A stretch of 64,000 bases of DNA from Azolla caroliniana (taxonomy: Eukaryota > Plantae > Polypodiophyta), in the NCBI GenBank assembly GCA_043228905.1, contig JBHGNT010000003.1, forward strand, positions 7,874,001 to 7,938,000, in the 5' to 3' direction. Position 1 is the stretch's first letter. The number at the start of each line of letters is the position of its first letter. A program made the translations under genes and the position numbers. The notes beneath the pieces are model-generated. The model was not told the origin of the DNA. It worked only from the letters and a program-made list of their open reading frames with translations, and ran no database searches. Positions 48,857-61,803 of this stretch are shown here, piece by piece.

Positions 48857-51800
48857 TTTTTTCCATAAAAATATGCTCCATTGGTATTAAAATTAACAAT
48901 GCCAAAGGCAATGTACAAATTGTACATAATAGTTTCCACTCCATAAGTATATATCGTAAAAAAAGGGACCAAATAATGATGGCATTTGTTATGGCCTCTA
49001 AAAACATCATGTTGCAGCCAACATTGGCTGAATGTGATTCCACATATACTAAAGCTCTTTAGTATACCCATATTCAACCTATAAACAAATTCCTGCGGTC
49101 CAAGTGAATACATATCTTGGTGGTAATCATGGCTAGTAGTCTAAAAACTCCATGTTTGCATTTGGTTCCGCATGTACTAAAGTTGTTCACCATCACCTGG
49201 TTGTCCAATAGCTGTTCCCGTTCCTTGGCCTTTAATTTTCCCTTGTGAATGTCCTTTTGTACCACTTAGGTAATACAAAACTGCTCTCTCCAATCAAGCC
49301 ATTGAGGTAATCTGCTACTTCTTGGCCGTAGTCTTCTTCAAGCTGACTTTCCAAGCTCATAAATCTGTCCAACCTCTTGTATCTTTGTCTGTCTTTTCCC
49401 ATGCAAGATTGAACCTTCCTCGGCTGTTGCCGTTGAAAACACAACACCAAAACAGTCCCTGCAGCACCTGTCACTTTGAAGCAACCATGATAATCTTACC
49501 AACTCAGAACAGCCATACATTGATTAGACCATAATCTCATCACAACCATTCTTCATTTAACCCACATCTGTCATGTCTCTGATTAACGTCATTGCCCAAA
49601 AAACCCCAAAAATCTGTGATAAGAATAAAATCCGTCTAAAAATTCCTCACCCACTCGTGATGATTGGCTTCGACCCTCCCCACCATCTTCACTCATCCTC
49701 ACCACAAATATTTCTTCCTTTAGTCGACATCAGCCATCTCACCCATTAACCTGGTTCCAATGTCCACGCATATCCTGTATAATCAACAAAAACTTAGGTT
49801 AAAACATGTCCTCACCCACTCCTGCACATTGGCTTCGACCCTCCCCACCATCTTCACTCATCCTTAACACAATAATTCTTCATTCAGTCGACATCAGCCA
49901 TCTCACCAAATACCACGGTGGCAATGTCCACGCATATCCTGTATTGATCAACACAAAATTAATGTAAACATTTCCTCACCCACTCGTTATAGTCGGCTTC
50001 ACCCTCCCCACCATCTTCACTCATCCTTAACACAGAAATTCTTCATACAGTTGACATCAGCCATCTCACCAATTAACACGGTGGCAATGTCCACGCATAT
50101 CCTGTATTGATCAACACAAAATTAGTGTAAACATTTTCTCACCCACTCGTTATAGTCGGCTTCACCCTCCCCACCATCTTCACTCAACCTTATCACTTTC
50201 ACACAGAAAATTTCTTCATTCGATCCACATCAACCGTCTAGCCAATTATCGTCATGACCAATGTCCACGAAAAAACCTATATCAATAACAAAACAGTTAA
50301 TCTCAAAGTTTCCTCACTCATGATAGACGGCTTCGACCCCCCCGCCATCTTCCCTCATCCTTATCACAAAACAAAAAATTCTTCATTCAGTCCACGTCAG
50401 CCCTCTTGCCGATTAACATCTTGCACTGTTGACGAAAAACCTGTATTAAAAACAAAAATTAGTGTAAAAATTCCCCACCCACTCACGATTGTCGACTATG
50501 ACCCCGCCACCATACCCCATCCTTTTCTCTTACACATTCTTCCTTCTTTCCACATCAGCCCTCTCGTCGATTAGCTTGTTGCCAATGTCCGTGGAAAACC
50601 TGTATTTACAACACAAAAACAGTTTACACTTTCCTCACGCACTCATCCTAAACGGCTGTGTTCAATATAAATGGCGCTGGTGGCGGAAACAACCATCGAG
50701 GTGGAACATAATTCCACTTTACATCTTCCCTTGTTGCATCCAAAAAAATAGGAATGGTTGACCAGACTCTTCTAAGTCGCTTTCTTTTCCGGTTAGGCCC
50801 ATTTCCACAACCCTTATAGCTATCATATTCACCTTTAACTATATTTACCAATAATTCCCAGAAAGATTTAACTTGATCCACAACATTAGTATCTTCATCA
50901 TTATATATTTTAGAACACCTTGCTTTCCAAATAATCCATAAGGCCAACGAGGAAATAAAGTTCCAAACATAACACCTAGAAAAGAACTTGACTCCCTGCA
51001 AGGAGCTATTCGTAACGTACACCTGAAAACTTTTCACATGTAAAGTCAATGATGAATTATGATAATGATAAAAAACAGTTTCTTGATCCAACGTACCCCA
51101 AAAGATTGTACCCCACGTGAATTTAGTAGCCCTATACTTACGACTTAAAAGCCTAAGAATACGAGCCCAAAAACATTTGGCCGTAACACATTCCCAAAAA
51201 GCATGATGTAATGTCTCATATGCCCAGCCACACCTACCACATGATCGATCAGGTATTGTTCCCCTCAATAAAGCTCCTACTGGCAATGCATAATGAATCA
51301 TTAACCATCGAAAGTGCAATACCTTGTTCATACATTTAAGCGACCAAAGGTGTTTCCAAAACTTCAACATATATGTAGATGAGACATTACCTTCCTCCCA
51401 ATATTTTTTTCCTGCCGGAATTGACTCTATCTCATTTAACAAAAACTTCCTACCCAGTGACACAGAATATGCAAAAAATGGAAGAACTTTCTCTTGTGTA
51501 CTATCAGACATTGGTAACTTCCAACCATAATCTAATGGATCCCACTGCAAATCAACAATTGGTCTAGAATTTAAAACCCATATATGAGATGAATACTTAG
51601 CAATTAGTGGATTAGGATCTATAAATATCTTTTTTCCCAACCTAGCTATTACTCTCACTGGCAGCTGCCTGGTAGAAGACACAATTGAAGACTCCTCCTC
51701 CACTACCAACAACCTACCATTATCGCAAACTTCATAAAAGTAAAGGCTACCATTTTGAGTATACAGACGAGCTCCTATTAGTATATTTAATCTCGAAAAC

Positions 51801-53242
51801 ATACCATACCAATTCAAACAATCACCAAAACTCAAAGTTGGTAATGTTACCTGATACACCGTTGACACTTGAGTTATCATAATGTTTGCCCCTCTGAAAT
51901 TAGACACCCTACTCTTTTGGTCTTGCACTGAAGTCTGCAGGAAAGCAATCCAATCCGCAACCGTACGAGCTGGTCCGTTATCCATTGCAGCCCAAGATAA
52001 CCTAGGTCGTAAACCTAAGACACATGCCGCTTCATCAGTAAACAAAGGATTCCATAACAACGGCTGACGCATTAATTGATGATATGTTTTTGGTGGCAAA
52101 AAAACCAGCGCCCGACGAATACTTTCCCATGCCCTTAGAATGCCATTAAAAAAACTAAAGGACCCAACTGTCGATTTAGACAGCGGAAAGTCTGAATTAA
52201 AGAACCATCTAAGACTATCACGCCAATTACCACCAACCGATGGTTTTAATTTATATAAATGACACATCCAAAACTTTTTCCATAACTCTTGTCCAGGCAA
52301 TAAACACCTAACAACATGTTTAACAAGTAATGCTTTACTTTGCATGAAAGGATCAATCAAACCTAAACCTCCTCTATGTTTGGGTTGTATAAGAACCGAC
52401 CAAGCTACCTTTGCTATAGTATTGTGTACCGTATCATTTCCCCAAATAAAATTCCGTACTAGACGTTGAACTCTAAGCATAATGGACCTAGAAAACAACC
52501 ATGTAGAGGCTATATACCAAACAGATGATAAAAGCACAGAATTAGCAACAACTACACGTCCAGCTAAGGATAACCTTTCCTTCTTCCAATATATTAGCTT
52601 ATTTCTTAATCTTACCAATAAGGGCGCTATCATATCATCTACCTTTATTCCTAACCCTACTCTACATCCTAGATACCTAATGGACTGTCCTTTCGGAATC
52701 CACGAGAAACCTACGCTAGGCGCGTTAACTGGAGGGTTTCCCGAAGCCACCCAAAAACCTGATGACTTATCCCAATTGATCACTGCACCCGATGCATCTG
52801 CGAAGTCATCCACAGCTTTTTGAACCTGCACCAAATTAAATTGTGAGGCGTGAATATAAAGAGCTGTATCATCAGCAAACTCACTATCAACGCTAGCATC
52901 TGCAAATGGCAATGCTAGACCTTTTATATTAACCTGCTGAGAATTTAAATATACAGAAAACGCTTCAGATACTAATAAAAACAAAAAAGGAGCAAGTGGA
53001 CATCCTTGTCTTACTGATCTTGAAATAGAGAAACGCCTACCAATATCCCCTGCAAATAAAACCGAACTATGTGCATTACGATATAATGCTGAAACTCCCC
53101 GTATCCAATTGTTTGGAAAACCCATCTTAAGCAAAGTCCCCTCCATGAAATTCCAGTCGACTCTGTCATAAGCTTTTTCGAAATCCAGAAATAACACTGC
53201 CAACTCTTGATTCTGTCCTTCAGCAAAAGCTACCATCTCCCA
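48857..53242 (-). mobile_element. 5'-truncated L1-type LINE with a ~1.8-kb 3' region
   Basis: 17-bp TSD CAAAGTAAATATCACTT at 48840-48856 and 53243-53259; T8 run (polyA tail) at 48855-48862; RT ORF. Confidence 0.93.
49530..50647 (-). repeat. Tandem array of ~165-bp units (6 full plus 1 degenerate) in the LINE 3' region
   Basis: Anchor CCTCACCCACTC (or a variant) at 49645, 49810, 49974, 50137, 50312, 50473 and 50633. Confidence 0.92.
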
Positions 53243-53257
53243 CAAAGTAAATATCAC
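50648..53257 (-). CDS. LINE ORF2 C-terminal part: reverse transcriptase plus zf-RVT, uninterrupted 869 aa, endonuclease lost by 5' truncation
   Basis: LDFEKAYDRVDW, VRQGCPLAPFLF, FADD, RYLG, GGLGL, CGRC...ETLHHAFWEC. Confidence 0.93.
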   Translation of the reverse strand: MIFTLWEMVAFAEGQNQELAVLFLDFEKAYDRVDWNFMEGTLLKMGFPNNWIRGVSALYRNAHSSVLFAGDIGRRFSISRSVRQGCPLAPFLFLLVSEAFSVYLNSQQVNIKGLALPFADASVDSEFADDTALYIHASQFNLVQVQKAVDDFADASGAVINWDKSSGFWVASGNPPVNAPSVGFSWIPKGQSIRYLGCRVGLGIKVDDMIAPLLVRLRNKLIYWKKERLSLAGRVVVANSVLLSSVWYIASTWLFSRSIMLRVQRLVRNFIWGNDTVHNTIAKVAWSVLIQPKHRGGLGLIDPFMQSKALLVKHVVRCLLPGQELWKKFWMCHLYKLKPSVGGNWRDSLRWFFNSDFPLSKSTVGSFSFFNGILRAWESIRRALVFLPPKTYHQLMRQPLLWNPLFTDEAACVLGLRPRLSWAAMDNGPARTVADWIAFLQTSVQDQKSRVSNFRGANIMITQVSTVYQVTLPTLSFGDCLNWYGMFSRLNILIGARLYTQNGSLYFYEVCDNGRLLVVEEESSIVSSTRQLPVRVIARLGKKIFIDPNPLIAKYSSHIWVLNSRPIVDLQWDPLDYGWKLPMSDSTQEKVLPFFAYSVSLGRKFLLNEIESIPAGKKYWEEGNVSSTYMLKFWKHLWSLKCMNKVLHFRWLMIHYALPVGALLRGTIPDRSCGRCGWAYETLHHAFWECVTAKCFWARILRLLSRKYRATKFTWGTIFWGTLDQETVFYHYHNSSLTLHVKSFQVYVTNSSLQGVKFFSRCYVWNFISSLALWIIWKARCSKIYNDEDTNVVDQVKSFWELLVNIVKGEYDSYKGCGNGPNRKRKRLRRVWSTIPIFLDATREDVKWNYVPPRWLFPPPAPFILNTAV

Positions 53258-54379
53258 TTATGAAACTTTGGGCATGTTTGGTTGGTTTTTGAATGTCCAA
53301 GAAAGTGTTATCGCCACAACTCTGTTCAATGTCTAATAGTTTCCATGACTCTACCTTATTTGAAACTAGTGAAGTGATGTTGAGAGAGAAGCTAGTGTGG
53401 GCTCAACTGTTGATGAAGCTTCTACTTAAGTCAACCCAAATAGCTCACCAAGTAACAAAGATACAAGTAGACCAAGCTTGACTTCCTCAACTTCCTTGAT
53501 TATCTCCATCGAGCTTGCTTGTTAGATCTAGAGATGGTATACCCCTCCACAAGTTTTGTGAAGTTACGAATGCCAAGAAGCATGTGGATGTTTTTCTCCC
53601 TATATGACACAACAACCATCTGGCCAACACCTCAATATGCTTTTCTTTTGACGGTCCAATGCTCCATTTGCCACCCCATCCATACACTTGACAAACCATA
53701 ATGCACCAAGCCAAAGCTAATCCTCACTATATTATGTGACCAATTCATGTGGTGTTTATCCACATCCCCTCATTATACATAGAAACTACTTCTTGCTATT
53801 CAATGATTCCACAAAACACTCCACATAAGCTCTTAATGGAAGCCTATACCTCTCTTAGGCTCCCCAACTATCAAGTTGTCCCCATACTCTTGGCATTATA
53901 GTCACAACAATAGACATAAGTGATGCCATCATGACACTTACTATAGTAGATTATCAAATAAGGAGGAGGTGCCCTTTTATAGGGATCATCATTATGATCA
54001 AGTCACTTTCATATGGAGTGCCAGGAACATCATGAACACTACAAAAACCATTGCTATACATACCTTGGAAGATGCTACCATGGGGTTGATTAGACTAATA
54101 CAATTGACATGTGTGACCTCCTAGATGCCAAAGTTGCAGCCATGGGTAAACCCCCCTCTTCCTCCCCCCAATAGGCAAGGTGCTTTTGTTACAACCAACT
54201 CAGATACTTGAGTAACTAACATTTGTTGTATTAGTTGTACACCAAGGTGAATAGACAACAACTGAGATCATTAGGTCACCACCATGGTGTCCCCAATATA
54301 TTACGGTGGGTTCGATGGAAACAAAAGTGTTTAATAAGGGTTTTGCCTATGCTCGAGTCCGACGTCAACAAGGAATGAG

Positions 54380-54880
54380 TTTGATTCAATTTCTAATTGT
54401 CAGGCTTAATCATGAGAGAAACAAAGATAATGTTAGAAGTGATAGTAGGAAGGATTTTAATTCGGGCTATTAGAGAGACGGGCAACAATAGTTCAAGACA
54501 CTAAGTTATGTAATAAAAGTTTTCATGTCATTAATAAAGAGAATGTTTAGTTTTCTAAATATGGGATGTGCAAAATAATATAAAAAGGAAGAAACATAAA
54601 AACTGCAATATATTAGAAAACAACTAAGAGAAAACGGAATACGTGAAGAAGAAATGTATCTAAGTTGGGCCATGGAAGTAGTCTCATTTGACGACACTGT
54701 TGAGGAAATGGAGAATGTCATCGAGATGAACATTCTGGGAACAAAAGTAAATTTGATCAATTCTATCACTATGTACAATGCCATCGACGAATATGAGCAA
54801 AGTGTTGCGACGGATGAGGTCGAAGTTATATAAAATACAAAACGGTGAATAAGAAGGTGAAACATGTGGTCATGCCCCAA
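54380..54880 (+). pseudogene. Fragment homologous to the protease-RT linker of C
   Basis: TTTTAATTCGGGCTATTAG, GAGAAAAYGG, AAATACAARACGGTG match the reverse complement of 39230-39520 and 32870-33000. Confidence 0.7.
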
Positions 54881-56299
54881 ATGTATGTAAGAAACATGTC
54901 TATATTGTAATTTGTGGGGAAATATCCTTTACCTAAAAGTTCATACGCATTGAGTTGAAATCTCTTTGACATCTTTGATGTGGAGGACATCCCCATTTGT
55001 GGGACATCTCCAACATACGAGTATCCCAACACAATGCCTTTGGTATTTCAGAATGACAATGTGAGTTTTTGCCTTTGTAATTATACTTGACTTGACATAA
55101 AACAATTTCATAAAAAGAAAATCATTTTATTCCGTATTGTTAAATTTACTTTTTATATGTTTTACATCTTTTCATATGTTCAAAAAAAATTCTCCCTAGA
55201 AACGATAATACATTAGTATTAAGAAACCCCCCTAAAGTTGTAAATGAAATATTTGCATATAGGTTATTACCCCCGTGTTAAGTTCTACCTATCAACTTAA
55301 ATATATACTTCGGTGTAGAGTAAAACCATTACACCTTGTCAAAAATCCTCCAATAAAATATTCTTTTGTTCCATTTGGTATGAAACTCCAATCATTGTAG
55401 CATTGTTCATTGCGTTACCTTTTTATGTTATCTAGAGAACCAATGAGATTATGCACAATCTTTGTCCAAATCCTAGCAATTACCTAAGTAGGTCTTTTTG
55501 TCACATTTTGGAATGCCTTCAAATACCTACCCTTCCAAATATACCAACTTAAATGCTATTTATTTGTAAAATGCAAAAATGTAGAAACCACCCAAACTTG
55601 GTGGATGTAAACAACTTTATTTTCTTTTTGCGCTAGAAGTGTAGATAATTTCGATACTTCTGAAATGTGTCAAGATTTTGGGACTTTACACAAAACACCA
55701 AAAGTTTAGGCTCATAAGGAAGCTCAAGCCATTCTTCTTTCTCTCGTTCACTTACCAAGCCTTAGTGTTGCCCCTTTGTATTAAGGAATAGCTCCAAGTC
55801 TTAAGCATCCATCTTAAGCACTTAGGTTCCCCTTGCATTTAGTCTGGTTGGCACCTCTTGTTTCAACAAACTACACTTGGTTTTAGTGGATTATTTATTG
55901 TTTAATTGGCCTTAAAGAACATAAGTTAAAGTCCTTGTCATATTGTGTTTTCAATAACTAAGGATAATAGAATTGATAACATTGAGAGACACTATGAAGT
56001 GACTCAATCTTCGTTGACCATGATGAACGGTGTCTAACAACCATCGTTGCCCACTTCTCTTGCAATAGAGTGTAATATATACCTGAACTCATTAGTAATA
56101 AATCGATGAGGGGAACGCATATTGCAATAGTTTTATACGAATATATTTTATTTAACCATGTTTATGAAGATCCAAAATAAGGATAAACCATTAACCATGC
56201 ATTGATTACATAGTGTGTGACATAAAATGATACAAAGCTTTAAATGCCTTAAGCTTGAGGTTCCCTCCAATAGTAGATGGACAAGGAAGTGTGGAATAG

Positions 56300-57020
56300 T
56301 GCTTTAGATGGACAAGAAAATAATGTTGGAATGGCAAGATAAAACTCTTTGACACTTCAACATTATGGGGATGAAGTTGGATGACAACATCTCTTGATCG
56401 ACTTTGGAGTTAAAATTTGCCCAAAAGTACTTTCTTATGAAGTTTCGTCAAGTCAAAATATAAACCCCGAGCATACTCTTATTTTTAGAAATTGGAGCAC
56501 TTCCCATTGAGATCCAACACATGGAAAGAGTTATTGAGTATATGCTCAAGGTAAAAAACAACCCCCTCATGCCAACTTTCTAGAATTGCATGGAAAGCAA
56601 ATAAAACAATTAAAAAAGGCATGCAAAAGTGAAACTTTAACTTTTGGATAGATGCAAGATATGAAAATACATTTGGAAGATAGGATGTATTACACTTGCT
56701 TCATGATGCATCAATTGATTCCTTTATGAATAAGACATTTTTGCAATGTTAATTTATGATGATTTGTGAAAGGTGTGGGGCCAAAACCATCTTCTTTAAA
56801 TAGGAAACCACACTTACTAATGCATGCAAGTGCCCATTTCTTTGTATGCAATCTAGATTATTGCCTCCATATGGATTAAGTCACATTCTTTTTTTATGTG
56901 ATATTGGGTATTGGGGCATTGACAATGCAATTGATTAGCTATGCAATATTTTCCCTAAACAAGTCTGTGAAGCTCAATGTCACAATTTAATACAATATTC
57001 CACCTTTAACCATATTAAAG
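56300..57020 (+). pseudogene. Degraded LINE 3' remnant
   Basis: Translates to ILEIGALPIE...SRIAW-like peptides seen downstream of LINE RT domains; heavily mutated. Confidence 0.35.
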
Positions 57021-59559
57021 TTTGCTTGCCAAATGCCATTTGGTCCAATCCCTAGACACATTTCCTCACAATCACAATGTGCACTCTCAATTGCAATAAT
57101 CATCAATAAACTATTGTACATTGAGAGTTACTACTAAACTCCGTATATACACTAGCCAAATGTTTCACTTTTGGTACCATGGGTTATATTTTACCTTTTG
57201 CAAGGGAAAAATAGGAAATTATTGAGCTTGACAGAAATGTCTTAGCTTAAGCATTCGAAGGTTATGAAAGACATTTGATTCTTAAATGCTTGTTATTCTT
57301 TTATTCTTCCAAAGCTTAAATGAAAACTTTTCAAGTTTTCCATACTATCACCTTATAACTTGATATAAATGGCATGCATATCGATGCAATAAAAATTCAT
57401 GCACTTAGCATCTTCATTAAAATGTGTGCAATATGTGATTCAGAGAAGAAATGACCACACATAACTATATGTAGGGTGATTCAATGAATGGGCTTGATAC
57501 AAAATAATATTCAACTGTCTCTTTTAATTATTCAAGAACCTTTGTTGGAAATATAGTCTCAATAAGTATCCAACAACTATGTATTGAAATGAAAGCATAA
57601 AAAGAATAATAGAGGTGATCATTATGCACTTATAACATTTTTTTATCATGAATCCAAATGATACTATAAAGTCATATTTGAATTATATTTTTGCTCAATC
57701 ATACTTAGATAGGTGGTGAATTAGACACATCATAACAAATACTTGCATTGGGATCTTGAGATTTTGTTTAGAAATATTACACTCATCCATCTAATACTTT
57801 TGAGCGAAAATCAACTATTTCAATGGCTGAAAGTACGCTGAGTTTTTTTCATAGGGACATATGGCACATGTTAGAAATATTTTATGCTTCATATGTGCAC
57901 ACCCATAATAGATTCATTTACACCTCAACAAACTCTCACCCCTTTATTATGCTTTAATCCATGGTTTTGATGCGAAAGGCAAAATCCATGGTTCTTTACA
58001 TTTTAGAAACCATGTAACTATTGTCGGTGACCAACAATCACATTGTTATCCTTTATTCAAAATCATATTTTAATTCTATTATAACTTAAAATGTGGGTAA
58101 TCCTTGAATTGGAAAGCCGGAAGTCATTCCTTCATGTGAAGGATGAAACTCATTGCTTCATTAGTTCAATGATAAAACAATAATCGTTGTAGAGCCTATT
58201 CGATATATAATGACACAAGATACTAGACACATTGACTTATGATTACCAATTTTTTCTATTGGATATTAGGCCGACAGTTCAAATTTGTTTATTCACACGT
58301 CTAAAAGCATACATCAGCCATGAATTGACTCTTTTCGGAGCCTAGTATTTATTGCACATAATTATTTCCTATATAAAATTACAACATTGACTTCATTTTG
58401 GACTTTCATTACATTGAATATAGTTCCTTATTACTCTCACAACTATTATATAAACAAGTGTTTGTGTCATCAATCCAGGCAGGAGACCAATTTACCATAC
58501 CCAATATATTTATATGTACTTCTCGAGATAAGCAACTATACTATTATGAGTTTTGACATTTATACAAGTAAGCAAGGGTGGAAGACATTACATATATAAG
58601 TTGTTAATACATTGAAAATTTTAAGATACTAAGTTCAAACCATATTTCCTCTATTGTTATTTAAAAACTTGTATAAGGTGGCTCATGAGCAAAAGATTGT
58701 AGACACTACAAAATAAATAGTTTTCAAAACTACACTTGCATATATACGCAACAATGTATGTATACATGCACACACAATTTTTATTAGATATGTCATTGAC
58801 ATTTTTCTCATGTCCTTTGCTTTCCAGTGTTGATGGGGAAAAATGAATGAGAAACAAATTTCTAGTGAATGATGTTAGTCTTGATGCACACAGCTAACTA
58901 ATCCTTCAATTCAAATTACGTGACATACATACAGGAGAGCATAGTAGGAACTTAATAAGAAAATATTGGCAAGCACTTCGTAGATGCCATTACAAATATT
59001 CATCTATCATTATAAACATAAAATTTGATGACCATGATGTGAACAAATTAACAATTCACTTATATATCATTGGCAATGTTGTAACTTGTAATATATTATT
59101 GCATCATGAAAACACACAATCAAATAAAGATAAATGTATAAGTTTGCTTTACCATATATTTATGGGACTTAATAGTTGGCTTGACTAATTTGATTGTTAT
59201 CTCAATATTCTCGATACAAAATTTGGTTGGATGGGACATTTCTAGAAATATTACATTTAAGGCACACATCAATGTGGGTAACTAAGTGGAGGAGAACTAG
59301 GGCAATGTTGCACTTTGTCATGAGGTTGATGGCAGCTACGTGAGTATATAACAACCAATAAACCTCAATTTGGCGAAATCATTCGTTCTACCAAGACGTT
59401 TACGGAACATGCAGAAACTATCTCAAAAATGTTGAATAATATATTTCTATATAAGACTTATGAATCCCTCATTCCATATAATTTGTTTGTTAACTTTTAA
59501 AATCGTGAAGCTAAATGTCAAGTTTTTTTACGCTAGCATTTAGTGACATGGTTTATTTC

Positions 59560-60460
59560 CCCCCCAAAAAAACACTACTTCGCATTAGTTACCAAACCGA
59601 ATATAGCAAAGTTCAACTTGAATCCACAATGGGATCAGTATATACAACATAGAGGAACAACTCCAAAACCAACAAAAAAACCAGCAAAACTCACGCAACC
59701 CTTATCCCCAACAAAACTGAAACAAACCCCATTTTACACCATCTCAACTCATCCAAACGTACTCTTTTATCAGCTATACCTACATATGTACATCCAAGTA
59801 CAATATTGCAAGCCATTGGTGGAAACAACCACCTAGACGCCTGGTAGTTCCACTTACGCCTCGTTGAAGATTGACCATCATGGGAGAACCACCCCATTTC
59901 AGCAAGAACTTAGACCTTGCCCTTTCTGCTTCATCTGATTCCCCCTTAATCGAGTCATATATTGTCCACGCAACCATGCCACTAGCTCAAACCAAATATT
60001 TAGCATCACCTCACCTCATGAGAGCTTTTGCCGCTGAAAAATAAACTTACCACGTTTGGTCCAAATGTGCCAGATCGATAAGCACACCACCATAAGCCAA
60101 ATCTCCTCAAAAAATTCAAAATTTGTGCCAGGTCTCACCCCATCACATAGGAACACATTACCACTCTGCACTATAATTCCATGTCCTTGTGGATTTAACT
60201 GTTCTGCCCAGGCTTCCCCATTTAGGGTTAGACCCTATATGGAACCCCACACAACATTCCCATTCACACCGCAAGTAGCCACAATTCTGAGCCTTCTACC
60301 CCAAATGTTAATCGCCTATGTACAGTTCCAAAAACAATGAGAGATTGATTTCAAAGCATGTCCACATACCTTACAACCAACCTCACCACCACGGGAACTC
60401 AACCACTCCCCTATAGGTACCGCATCATGTTTTAGTATAGAAAGGTATCTAAACTTGTAT
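59560..60460 (-). pseudogene. 3' fragment of a second L1-type LINE (zf-RVT and C-terminus)
   Basis: Minus strand GCKVCGHALKSISHCFWNC, followed by VAW...FLLKWG. Confidence 0.7.
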
Positions 60461-61768
60461 GTATGTGACGTTAAATGTTGTAGTTAGCTATGCAAGCTTT
60501 TTGTGACATTTTAGCATCATGTTTCCTTTGAAAATGGGACAATACTACTACCCCCTTGAATAGTAGTGTCACACTATTTCTATTATGTTTTCTACATATA
60601 AAATCATATGTATCACTCCATAAAGATATATCATCCGTTTTGGTATGATTGCACATTCGTAGATTTAACTTTCCATATTGATCAAGATCTTTTTTCATCC
60701 ATAGAAGGGCAACCACTCATGTGTATATCCTCTTGTATCCTTGAGATATGTGGCATAAAAATGGTTTTTATCTATCTAAACAAAAGCATAAAAATAAGAA
60801 CCATGAGAAGGGATATAGCATCTAACTACAAAAGTATGAAAGTATTTGATGTCATTATTTTAACAATGGTGATGATTGCCACTAGTTTATAGTTCTACAT
60901 GCCTACTTACATTAAGTAGAAAGTAAGAGAGGATATGTACGCAATCTCATATTCTTGAACTCGGCCGGAGGGTGATTCCTTGTTTTCTTGCATAGTCTTT
61001 CTAAAAAAATCTCTCCTAAGTAATGGGAAAGTAGCACTTTTTTGGAAAAAAAAACTTCTAATCCCTTGTTAATCAAACATGCCACCCTCCCCTATCCTCT
61101 TAATTTGCTTGGATTTTTTGCCCATATTAAAGAGTCCACTTTCTATTTGTCAAAACCTTGAATCTTTTGAGTTCATGTTGCCAACTTTTAGCATGAAGTA
61201 AAATATATGATTTATTGGTTAACTTATCTATGGCAATGACCACATTCCATGGGTATAAATTTCTTCCAAAAATACTCATAGAATGCTTTAGTTGGTCAAA
61301 TATGTCATGACTCCCTATTTGTTCAAGGGCGTTCCCTCTTTGTGCATCTTTCTGACTTCTGATCCATTCGTTAACATACCCTTTCTTTCTCTTCATATGC
61401 TTTGGTGATCATCATTTTGTTTTAAAGGGGTACAATCATCACACCCAAAGTATTGTGTACCTTTGAGGTGGATCCAATTATTTTCAAGATTCATCCTTCT
61501 CTTTATTTCATCAACCATTCTACATATGATTGGCCTTTCTCCCAAGTGAGAGTCACCAGTTTCCCAACTTTGTGTGCCCTATCAACATTCAATCTCGACA
61601 TATCATAATGTGTATTAAAGAACTTCCCAATGGCATTTCCAAGCAATGTTGATGTTTTCGTGTTCTCCAAGATCCCAAAACTAACAATATTCTTGGAGCA
61701 TCACTCTCATTCTTTCAATTCATGTGCATTTATATTATCCATGTTCTTTGTTTACACTATAATTTGCA

Positions 61769-61772
<4 letters not shown>

Positions 61773-61800
<28 letters not shown>
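61773..61800. repeat. (GA)n microsatellite
   Basis: Directly visible. Confidence 0.95.

Positions 61801-61803
<3 letters not shown>

Noticed and set aside
49530-50647. Array next to an RT as a CRISPR-like or retron-like system
   Set aside because: Units are homologous along their whole length with no unique spacers, there are no cas genes, and the RT is a standard eukaryotic L1-type ORF2
55050-59500. Long AT-rich stretch as a possible host gene or regulatory region
   Set aside because: No ORF above ~70 aa and no recognisable exon structure; only faint LINE debris
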